Positions 38,410 through 46,615 of a stretch of DNA of 64,000 bases are shown one piece after another (position 1 is the stretch's first letter; every line of letters starts with the position of its first letter). The notes under the pieces were generated by a model, which saw only the letters and a program-made list of their open reading frames with translations, did no database searches and was not told the DNA's origin. The stretch comes from Sediminibacterium goheungense (lineage in GTDB: Bacteria; Bacteroidota; Bacteroidia; Chitinophagales; Chitinophagaceae): positions 1,016,050-1,080,049 of the forward strand of contig NZ_SNWP01000010.1 in the NCBI RefSeq assembly GCF_004361915.1, in the 5' to 3' direction. Both the position numbers and the translations under genes were made by a program.

Positions 38410-39905
38410 TTCCCGATTGAATAATTTGCAATTTTAAGAAAATTTTCGCGGCTTATTTCCCTAAATCCTCTTGGCATATCTAATATGTCTTGGATAACTC
38501 CATTTTCATTAAGCCACTTCAAGTTAGGTCTTTTTCTAAACGAGTAAGCATAAATAAAGTTTACGATAAAGGGTTTGTCTGTTTTTCTATAATTCCAATG
38601 CTCTTTTAATTGCTGGTCTGTGAAAACACTTCTTTTTCTACAAGACTGAATGAAAACGGTTTCGTTTGGAATATTATCAATCACGGATTCTACAATTCCA
38701 TAAGTTGTAACTACCCCTTGATAAATACCACCTGTTCGATAGAATACGACAATATCCCCCGGTTTTAAGTCCCGCACAAAAGAACGGGAAATATACACCT
38801 TACTTAGTGCATTTCGGTGGGGTTCATTTTCTGTAAAATTTATTGGGGATTCAGTTCTCAGAATTGAGTCTGGAAATAATTCAGTATGGTACTGGGGATA
38901 AATGGGAACTATATAAATTTTGTTTTGGGATGAAATAAACGGAAATGTTTTTTTAGGTTGCAAGGAATTTATTTCTTGTGCTCTATCAAAATTTTTCACA
39001 TAAACATTTTCATCGCCAGTTGCAGTGGTTTTGATTCCAAAGTAGTAGAAACCCCATTCTTCAAGTAAAGCAATTAATCTAATTTGTTCTGGTCTTTTAT
39101 TGAAGATAGTTACATATATTTCTGATACATTATATTGAAGTGCGTTGTCAAATATGATTTTTAAAAATCGTTCTCCAATTTTGAATCCATTACTTGCTAC
39201 TTTTAGTGTCCCTATTTTTAAACGTTTTTTTCGTTTAAAGTTTGGCTGAATATCTGAATAGTTTTCTGTCTCTTCTTCAACTTTTATGTATAAAAATGCC
39301 GAAAGAGCATTATTGCTATAACAGACGTATGCTATTTCATCTGCTTTTTTATTAAACCATCTGTCGAACCCGTCATAATCTTCCCTAAAACTGTCAAAAA
39401 AAGTGTCTTGCACATTAACTTGTCCAAAATCGACTTTCTTAACTGCCAGAACTTTATAATCAACCAAACTAGGGTTTTCTGCAGTTACCTTTTCAAGGAA
39501 CTGGTCAATTTTGAAAACTTTTTCTGATATCCCAAGCAGTAAAGCTTTTGTGTGAATTTTTTTATCTTCTGATATTAAAATGTCAACTCTTTCAGAAAAC
39601 ACTTCATTAAGTATTCTTGTGTCATTTATATCGTTTGCTACAGTGTCAATTTGCTTACTAACTTGTTCGATAATTTGGCTTGTTGGAGCAAGGTTTCTAA
39701 TTAAGTTATAGCTAGCGATTTTTATTGCCATTGTGGCGACCGTTTGTGGATCTTTATTACGATTAAGTTCTTCAATTGTTACGGGATGTATGAATTTTTC
39801 ATACTTAAGTTTGTCAAGCCAATTAAACAATATGCCAATATCCTGATTGATGATTTTGGAAGCTTCTCTATGGATAATTATGTTGGTGTCAAGTAAAACT
39901 TTCAT
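38406..39905 (-). CDS. Multidomain protein: N-terminal PIN nuclease-like, central GNAT acetyltransferase-like, C-terminal PUA-like (EVE/ASCH-type) domain
   Basis: 499 aa. PIN start MKVLLDTNIIIHRE with later acidic motifs (IEELNRN, DINDTR, ILISEDKKIH). GNAT motif-A-like LKIGTLKVASNGFKIGERFLKII…SEIYVTIF…LLEEWGFYYFG. PUA-like segment KPGDIVVFYRTGGIYQGVVTTYGIVESV. Gene is markedly AT-rich. Confidence 0.55.
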   Translation of the reverse strand: MKVLLDTNIIIHREASKIINQDIGILFNWLDKLKYEKFIHPVTIEELNRNKDPQTVATMAIKIASYNLIRNLAPTSQIIEQVSKQIDTVANDINDTRILNEVFSERVDILISEDKKIHTKALLLGISEKVFKIDQFLEKVTAENPSLVDYKVLAVKKVDFGQVNVQDTFFDSFREDYDGFDRWFNKKADEIAYVCYSNNALSAFLYIKVEEETENYSDIQPNFKRKKRLKIGTLKVASNGFKIGERFLKIIFDNALQYNVSEIYVTIFNKRPEQIRLIALLEEWGFYYFGIKTTATGDENVYVKNFDRAQEINSLQPKKTFPFISSQNKIYIVPIYPQYHTELFPDSILRTESPINFTENEPHRNALSKVYISRSFVRDLKPGDIVVFYRTGGIYQGVVTTYGIVESVIDNIPNETVFIQSCRKRSVFTDQQLKEHWNYRKTDKPFIVNFIYAYSFRKRPNLKWLNENGVIQDILDMPRGFREISRENFLKIANYSIGK

Positions 39906-40279
39906 TCAGTTAGTTTAATGATGCAAGGTGTCAATAACATAATTCACGACTACTAAAGTTTCGGAACAACGCGTTAATAACCTTCACCAATCAACCCAAA
40001 AAAATGGTGCATAGGAGAAAGTATTTATTGAATTTCTTGAAACAACAGTTTACACAAAACTGTCACTGGGGGGAATAGTAAGATAGAAAGAAAAAATGAA
40101 ATATGCAAATTTATGCTAACATATTTAAGTGGGGGTTCCAGGGCTGGTTTAATAAATGATAAGTACTTTTCTTGAAGTTCCTTGCTATGTGTGGCGTAAT
40201 GGCTGGTACTCAAGCATCAAATTCTTCCAGGAAATCTTCAGGTATGTACACCGCTAAGACAGGGATGCTCTTTAGTTGC

Positions 40280-40510
40280 CTATGTTTTATCCTTGTAATA
40301 CAAATCTTTCAAATCGGCACGCATATTTACCTTTGCGGGAGTTTCCAGCTTATTTACCATGTCAATAATATTCTTCCTCTTTGCGGGCCTGGCAACAGTT
40401 TTAAAATAATGCTCCACCAGTTCAGAAATACTGGTTCCCCTCTTCAGGGCATAAGTCTTCATGTTTTTAAGCAGGGCATTATCTATAATAAGGTTTAATC
40501 TCGTTTTCAT
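40280..40510 (-). CDS. DUF6364-like ribbon-helix-helix antitoxin-family small protein
   Basis: ~76 aa: MKTRLNLIIDNALLKNMKTYALKRGTSISELVEHYFK… RHH-antitoxin pattern. No adjacent cognate toxin gene. Confidence 0.5.
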   Translation of the reverse strand: MKTRLNLIIDNALLKNMKTYALKRGTSISELVEHYFKTVARPAKRKNIIDMVNKLETPAKVNMRADLKDLYYKDKT

Positions 40511-40552
40511 GGAACAAAGATGTGCATATTTTATAATTATGCGCATATCTTG

Positions 40553-41935
40553 TTATTTCCCAATACAAAACTTACTAAATATAAAATCCAGCTGATCCTC
40601 ATTGGTAATTTCACCGGTTATGAGGCCGAGGTAGTGCAGGCATTGGCGTATGTCGAGGGCCAGCAGGTCGCCGGGTACCTGATCATGCATACCATTGCGT
40701 ACATCGGTTAATGATTGGGAGAGTTTTAATAAGGCATCGTAATGGCGGGCATTGGTTACAATGGTGGCTTCGGTATTTACATCGCCACTGATGGCTTTTT
40801 GCGTGAGGGCCTGTTTCAGCACATCTATACCGGTATGGGTTTTGGCTGAGATACTGATGGCGTATGGCATATGGGTAATGGCCTGGATGCTGCCGAGCTT
40901 GGCCGTATCGGTTTTATTGGCCACGAGCAGGTATTGTATGTTTTTTTCTTTCAGGGTTTGTTCAAATGCCTTCAATTCTTCTGCCGTAGTTTCATTTACA
41001 TCAAAGAGGTACAACACAATATCTGAGGCATTCATTTTTTCCAGGCTCTTCGCTACTCCTATCTGCTCAATAATATCAGCCGTATGTTCACGAATACCCG
41101 CTGTATCTACCAGGCGAAACAGAATGCCATTGATATTAATCACTTCTTCAATCGTATCTCTTGTGGTTCCGGCTATATCACTTACAATGGCGCGGTTTTC
41201 ATTCAGTAATGCATTGAGTAAAGTAGATTTTCCTGCATTGGGTTTACCGATAATGGCTACCTGCACCCCATTGCGTATTACATTACCCAATGAAAAAGAT
41301 CGTATCAACTGTTGTATCGATCCATCCAGTTCATCGATCAGTTGTTTCAACGCAGTACGATCTGCAAACTCCACATCTTCCTGCGAAAAATCGAGTTCCA
41401 GTTCTATCATCGCCGAAAAACGAATGAGCTGCTCGCGCAGTTGTTTCAGGTCAGATGAAAAGCCACCACGCATATTATGCAGTGCTGTTTTTCTGCTGGC
41501 TTCTGTATTACTCGCAATCAGATCGGCCACCGATTCGGCCTGTGCCAGATCTAACTTACCATTCAGGAAAGCTCTTTGTGTAAACTCACCGGGTTTGGCT
41601 AGTCTTGCCCCTTTTTTGGTAATCGCACGAATTACCTGCTCCTGTATAAACGGTGAACCATGACAGCTGATCTCAATCACATCTTCACCTGTATATGAAC
41701 GCGGACCTTTAAACAGCGATAATACTACTTCATCCAATACCTGATCATCTTCTTTCAGATAACCCACCTGTATGGTATGTGAAGCTTGTGCCGTTAAATC
41801 TTTAGAAGGAAATAGCTGATTCAGAATATGAAAACTTTCTTTCCCACTTACCCTGATCACCCCAATCGCCCCAATACCCTGTGGTGTAGCCAGTGCCACA
41901 ATGGTATCATCCCAACCAGATAAGTGAATAGACAT
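40553..41935 (-). CDS. mnmE: tRNA uridine-5-carboxymethylaminomethyl modification GTPase MnmE
   Basis: N-terminal THF-binding domain (DTIVALATPQGIGAIGVIRVSG). G-domain GKPNAGKSTLLNAL…DTAGIRE. C-terminal FCIGK. ORF's extra 45 N-terminal codons run into a repeat element, so start trimmed. Confidence 0.9.
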   Translation of the reverse strand: MSIHLSGWDDTIVALATPQGIGAIGVIRVSGKESFHILNQLFPSKDLTAQASHTIQVGYLKEDDQVLDEVVLSLFKGPRSYTGEDVIEISCHGSPFIQEQVIRAITKKGARLAKPGEFTQRAFLNGKLDLAQAESVADLIASNTEASRKTALHNMRGGFSSDLKQLREQLIRFSAMIELELDFSQEDVEFADRTALKQLIDELDGSIQQLIRSFSLGNVIRNGVQVAIIGKPNAGKSTLLNALLNENRAIVSDIAGTTRDTIEEVININGILFRLVDTAGIREHTADIIEQIGVAKSLEKMNASDIVLYLFDVNETTAEELKAFEQTLKEKNIQYLLVANKTDTAKLGSIQAITHMPYAISISAKTHTGIDVLKQALTQKAISGDVNTEATIVTNARHYDALLKLSQSLTDVRNGMHDQVPGDLLALDIRQCLHYLGLITGEITNEDQLDFIFSKFCIGK

Positions 41936-41965
41936 GTTGTTTCTTATTTCCGCAAAGATAGAGAA

Positions 41966-42130
41966 TCGTGAATTGTCAATTGTCAATTGTGAATGGTGAA
42001 GAAAGGTGAGTAGTGAGTAGTCAGTAGTGAGTAAAGAAAAGTGAGTAATTTGACGGGCTACATTCAGCACTGACTAGTGACTACTGACTACTAACTACTG
42101 ACTACTCACTACTCACTCCCCTCACTGCTC
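41966..42130. repeat. Heptad-repeat hairpin element of the same family, with leader GTGAATTGTCAATTGTCAATTGTGAATGGTGAA
   Basis: Between the tonB-2 stop and the mnmE start. Loop GAGTAATTTGACGGGCTACATTCAGCACTGAC is shared with the copy at 43006-43126. Confidence 0.8.
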
Positions 42131-42952
42131 GGTAACTTTGAACGTGATCATCTGTTTGTGTCTGTACACTACGGGACGGCCGTTTTGGTTGGCGGGGATC
42201 CATTTGGGGCCTCTTTTGATCACACGGATGGCTTCATCTTTGGTGCCATAGCCGGGATCGTTTTCTGCTTTTACATCACTTACCTTCCCTTCTGTATCTA
42301 CCACAAATGAAACGGTTACGGTATATACACCTGTAGGTGCGCCATTTTCTGTTGGCAGATCACTGTTCAGGTTACGTTCCAGAAAACGTTGCCATTCTTT
42401 GATACCACCGGGAAATTCTGCTGCGATTTGTACAGATTTAAAGTCTTCATCTAATTCATTTTCTTTTGACTTTATGCCTTTAGTAACACCTGTAGTTAAC
42501 TCAACAGGTGGCTCAACAATACCTATATCAGCAGTGCCTTCTATTTTTTGTAAACCGATTTTCACATCATTATACACTTCTACTTCCTGCATAACATCAT
42601 CTTCTTTTACCATTTCATCCTGAACAATTTTTGGTGGTGTTAATACTTCTGTTGCAGTTTGTGGTTCTTCTACTTTTGGTTCCGGTGGTTTTACTTCTTC
42701 AACAGGTGGTTGCTCTTCAATATTGGTAAGTTCAATTTCAGGGCCTACATAAGCAAGATTATCTTTTTTGCTTTTTGCATTGGCAAGAATAGAACCTACG
42801 GTAAACAATAAACAGAGCAGGAACATGGCTGATAGTGCATACTTCATGCGTTTGTTATACATCACACGCAATTCATAAGCACCATAATCTTTGTTTCGAT
42901 TGGCGAATAATATCTCTAAGATATCATTACGCTGGTTGAATTTTTTTTCCAT
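42122..42952 (-). CDS. tonB: Energy transducer TonB (paralog 2)
   Basis: N-terminal TM anchor, Pro/Glu-rich spacer (EEQPPVEEVKPPEPKVEEPQ), and C-terminal TonB domain (…DPGYGTKDEAIRVIKRGPKWIPANQNGRPV). Confidence 0.8.
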   Translation of the reverse strand: MEKKFNQRNDILEILFANRNKDYGAYELRVMYNKRMKYALSAMFLLCLLFTVGSILANAKSKKDNLAYVGPEIELTNIEEQPPVEEVKPPEPKVEEPQTATEVLTPPKIVQDEMVKEDDVMQEVEVYNDVKIGLQKIEGTADIGIVEPPVELTTGVTKGIKSKENELDEDFKSVQIAAEFPGGIKEWQRFLERNLNSDLPTENGAPTGVYTVTVSFVVDTEGKVSDVKAENDPGYGTKDEAIRVIKRGPKWIPANQNGRPVVYRHKQMITFKVTEQ

Positions 42953-43005
42953 AGCGTTTCGTTTTTAATGAGACGCCGGGGGGAGAAAATTCCATATGGA
43001 GAGGA

Positions 43006-43126
43006 AGAGTGAGTAAAGAAAAGTGAGTAGTCAGTAGTGAGTAAAAAAAACGAGTAATTTAGCGGGCTATATTCAGCACTGACTACTGACTACTGACTAC
43101 TGACTACTGACTACTCACTACTCACA
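43006..43126. repeat. Heptad-repeat hairpin element of the same family
   Basis: Between tandem tonB paralogs. Loop near-identical to the 41966-42130 copy. Confidence 0.8.
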
Positions 43127-43157
43127 AAAAAGCCACCCCGATACACAGAGTGGCTTT
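43125..43157 (-). terminator. Rho-independent terminator immediately after tonB paralog 1
   Basis: On the minus strand: AAGCCAC-loop-GTGGCTT then TTTTTT. Confidence 0.6.
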
Positions 43158-43180
43158 TGAAAATTTATCAGGAAAAGAGA

Positions 43181-44014
43181 TTACTCTTCTGATACCATGA
43201 AAGTGATACTTTGTTTGTGACGATAGATCACCTGACGTCCGTTCTGAACGGCTGGTTTCCAGTTGGGACCACGTTTGATAACGCGTACCGCTTCGTCTTT
43301 TGTACCATAACCGGGATCATTCTCAGCTTTTACTTCACTGATACCACCGTTTTTATCAACGATGAATGATACGATTACAGTGTATTTACCCGGAGGTGCA
43401 CCATTTTCAACAGGTAAGTCTCTGTTCAGGTTACGTTCCAGGTATTTGGTCCAGGCAGGAATACCACCGGGGAATTCCGCAGGAATCTGTACTACGGTAA
43501 ATACTTTATCGTAGTCTTCTTCCTGTTTAGGTGCTTCTACAACGCCGGTACCTTTGGCTTCCACGGGTGGAGCAACGATACCTTCGTCTTTAATACCTTC
43601 CTGGTTAATGGTACCAATTTTGGTATCTTCCAGTTTCTCCACTTCCTTGATTTCCTCTTCGGGTTTCACTTCTTCATCCTTCACAATTTTGGGAGGGGTG
43701 AATTTGGTGATCTCCACTTTCGGAGGCTCTTGTTTAGGTGGTGGAGGCGGAGGTGGTGGCTCAGGTTTTTTCTCTTCCTTCTGAACATCCTGTAACTGCA
43801 CATCTTCAACCAGGATCTGCGTTTTATTTTTGTCAGAGGAATTGGCAATCAATGAACCTACCAGAAAAAGCAGGCACACCACTACAGTTCCTATGATAGC
43901 GTAAGTAATACGCTTGTTATAGGTTCTGCGGAGTTGGTACGCACCGTACTCTTTGTTTCTACCCTCGAATACGATATCGAGGATATCCGCGGTTAATATT
44001 TTATTTACGTCCAT
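43181..44014 (-). CDS. tonB: Energy transducer TonB (paralog 1)
   Basis: Same architecture. PEPPPPPPPPKQEPP spacer. C-terminal domain nearly identical to paralog 2. Confidence 0.8.
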   Translation of the reverse strand: MDVNKILTADILDIVFEGRNKEYGAYQLRRTYNKRITYAIIGTVVVCLLFLVGSLIANSSDKNKTQILVEDVQLQDVQKEEKKPEPPPPPPPPKQEPPKVEITKFTPPKIVKDEEVKPEEEIKEVEKLEDTKIGTINQEGIKDEGIVAPPVEAKGTGVVEAPKQEEDYDKVFTVVQIPAEFPGGIPAWTKYLERNLNRDLPVENGAPPGKYTVIVSFIVDKNGGISEVKAENDPGYGTKDEAVRVIKRGPNWKPAVQNGRQVIYRHKQSITFMVSEE

Positions 44015-44072
44015 TGTTAGGTCTTTAAAATGTATGATTCATTTGCGGGTATTTTCCATACCGAAAAGTCAA

Positions 44073-44630
44073 TTAATTTGAACCTGCTCCTCCGGCAGCA
44101 CCGGCGGCATCAGATAACTTAACCAATTGTTCTTCGACAGGAGAAATATCCACGAGCGCATAGCGCTTTAACACATTGATAGTCATTTCATCCAGAATAT
44201 CCACCACATTTCTGTAAGTGCTCTCAGATGAAGGCTTCAATACCACTACCAGGTCTTTCTCGTTGGTACGTGCTTTTTTCTCGAGCAGTACGGTACGGAT
44301 TTCCTTGAAGTTGGATGATTTGAAGTTAGAACCATCTGGTGCCAGCTGACCCTCATAGTAGAAGACATTATTGTCTTTTCCCAGGAGGAGTGTGATAACA
44401 CCTGATTCTTTTGCCTTATTCTGATCCTCCGGATTTTCAGCATCTTTTGGTAAAAAGAGCTTCATAGCCGTAGGTTGACTCATCGTTGTGGTGAAGATAA
44501 AGAATGTGATGAGCAGGAAGCCCAGGTCAACCATGGGCGTCAGGTCTACACGGGTAGATAATTTCTTCCCTTTCTTGACCCCGGGGCCCTTTTTGTGGCC
44601 CCCGCCACTCGAGGTATCCATTTCTGCCAT
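44073..44630 (-). CDS. exbD: Biopolymer transport protein ExbD/TolR
   Basis: 185 aa. Single TM (LTPMVDLGFLLITFFIFTT) plus periplasmic domain. Confidence 0.8.
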   Translation of the reverse strand: MAEMDTSSGGGHKKGPGVKKGKKLSTRVDLTPMVDLGFLLITFFIFTTTMSQPTAMKLFLPKDAENPEDQNKAKESGVITLLLGKDNNVFYYEGQLAPDGSNFKSSNFKEIRTVLLEKKARTNEKDLVVVLKPSSESTYRNVVDILDEMTINVLKRYALVDISPVEEQLVKLSDAAGAAGGAGSN

Positions 44631-44687
44631 AACGGTAGAATTTAGTTTTCGTGAGTAATTTGTTTACTTACTACTGATCAACAGTAT

Positions 44688-45335
44688 TTATTCTTCTCTT
44701 TTCTCTCCGGCCATGGTTTTCTTCCATAACTCGGTACCGGTTGGAACACTTTCAGGATTGGTGATCATCTGGAACTTCAGCTGATCTGTTTTCTTGAAAG
44801 CATCGATCACAGCTTTGAAAGCCGGATACTTGGCAGCATTATCGCCTTTTACCAGCAGGTTGATTTTACTTCCCAGGTAAGCATCTGTAATGGCTCTCAT
44901 CCAGGTAACCATCTGGTTATCGGTTGAGTCTAATACAGGGATACCAGGTAATTTATCGCCCTTACGCTGATCTTCAGCTAATGCGAGAAAAGATGCCATT
45001 TGTCCGAAGGGTGCACCAAAGAAACCTGCTTTTTTAAATGCAGCAACATTCATATTCAGGTTCAGCTGGCTATTCAAAGCATTACACACCGCTTCTTTCT
45101 TTTGTTCTTCATCCATCGTAATAAATACCTTGCCATCCTTGTCGATCGTAATCATTACAATGTCTTTATCGGGGGCCACTTTTGCTGCCACTGAATTCGG
45201 AGTGGTTACAGCAATGGCTTCAGCCGGCTTAAACTTTGTAGTTAAGATAAAGAACGACAACAGGAGAAAGGCCACATCGCACATGGCAGTCATGTCGATA
45301 TTGGTACTTTTACGAGGTAATTTGGCTCTTCCCAT
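44688..45335 (-). CDS. exbD: Biopolymer transport protein ExbD/TolR (second copy)
   Basis: 215 aa. TM MTAMCDVAFLLLSFFILTT. ExbD fold. Confidence 0.75.
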   Translation of the reverse strand: MGRAKLPRKSTNIDMTAMCDVAFLLLSFFILTTKFKPAEAIAVTTPNSVAAKVAPDKDIVMITIDKDGKVFITMDEEQKKEAVCNALNSQLNLNMNVAAFKKAGFFGAPFGQMASFLALAEDQRKGDKLPGIPVLDSTDNQMVTWMRAITDAYLGSKINLLVKGDNAAKYPAFKAVIDAFKKTDQLKFQMITNPESVPTGTELWKKTMAGEKREE

Positions 45336-45404
45336 TGTTATTTATTTATTGCATTCACTAATTAAGATTCAAAACTTTTCAATTTCCATACAAACAATCA
45401 ACGA

Positions 45405-46271
45405 TTATTTGTAGTTAGCAGCAAAGCTTTGAGTTAAAGTGAATCCAGACTCGTCGATACCATACGTGATTGCATCGATACGAGTGGTAAATACGTTATA
45501 CATTACGATCGCAATCGCAGAAGTACCGATACCAAGGGCTGTATTGTACAGGGCCTCAGAGATACCTTGAGAAAGTTCGCGGGCAGCTTCTCCACCACCT
45601 TCATCACCGAGTTTAGAGAATGAACGGATCATACCCAATACGGTACCGAACAGACCCAACAGGGTTGCTACAGAAGCGATGGTTGAAAGGAATACGAGGT
45701 TTTTCTCCAGCATAGGCAGTTCCAGTGCAGTAGCTTCTTCGATTTCTTTCTGGATATTCAATACTTTCTGCTCAGTAGCCAGTTCAGTATTGGTGATCAT
45801 TTCTTTATACTTACGCAGACCTGCTTTCATTACATTACCTACAGATCCTTTTTGTTTGTCGCACTCAGCCAAAGCCTTATCAACATCTTTATTAGCCAGG
45901 TGGAACTGTACTTTGCGGATGAACTCAGCAATGTTACCAGCACCAGTTGCTTTAGATACAGTTAATAATCTTTCAATACTAAAAGTAACAGCAGTTAAGA
46001 AAGTACCAATCAGGATAGGTACTACGATACCACCTTCATACATTTTGGTAAATGTACCTTTAGGACCCTGGTGTGCTGGCCAGAACCAATGGCTTGGATC
46101 GGGATCAGGAGTAGTAAAATTGCCTGCGCTTCCTAAAACTACGCGCCAGATAAAATAACCGCCCAGGATACATAAGATGGGGGCAAGTGTTGCAACTAAA
46201 TTACTGCTCTTCTTAGGTTGAACAGACGTGGCGCTCTTTGCAGCCGTTGCAGTTGGTTTTGTCTCAGCCAT
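45405..46271 (-). CDS. exbB: MotA/TolQ/ExbB proton-channel protein
   Basis: 288 aa with three TM helices and conserved C-terminal channel helices (LSTIASVATLLGLFGTVLGMIRSF). Confidence 0.8.
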   Translation of the reverse strand: MAETKPTATAAKSATSVQPKKSSNLVATLAPILCILGGYFIWRVVLGSAGNFTTPDPDPSHWFWPAHQGPKGTFTKMYEGGIVVPILIGTFLTAVTFSIERLLTVSKATGAGNIAEFIRKVQFHLANKDVDKALAECDKQKGSVGNVMKAGLRKYKEMITNTELATEQKVLNIQKEIEEATALELPMLEKNLVFLSTIASVATLLGLFGTVLGMIRSFSKLGDEGGGEAARELSQGISEALYNTALGIGTSAIAIVMYNVFTTRIDAITYGIDESGFTLTQSFAANYK

Positions 46272-46615
46272 GATTCGATTGATTTTTGTTTTTTTAAAAT
46301 AACTGGTTGATTTAAAAAATTATCCTCGCAATGCTAATGAAAAATGTAATTCACAGGTCAAACATTGTTTCAAAAGTCTGAAAGGGGTTACAAAATAGGT
46401 ATTTTCCTGAAAGCGGCAAATTTGATTCGGCAAAAACCCGCAAAGCTTTGCGTATTCAGGAATGGGCAAGATAAGGGGTTTATCAGAACCTCGCTCACCT
46501 TTTCACCGACCCAAATTAAAGATTTTACCTTTCATCCAACACTATCAGAAAAAAAATTGTTGATTAATTTACGATGCTATCTTTAACGATTATTCAAAAC
46601 CATTTAACTGAAACA

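Noticed and set aside
40025-40213. 62-aa ORF in the gap between the DUF6364 gene and the PIN-fusion gene
   Set aside because: It has no motif and low-complexity hydrophobic composition, and is probably non-coding. It is retained only as part of the decayed-gene hypothesis.
40752-41663. 303-aa ORF on + strand inside mnmE
   Set aside because: It lies antisense to, and fully within, a well-supported conserved gene. Its composition is low-complexity (Ser/Ala/Cys-rich), typical of a shadow ORF.
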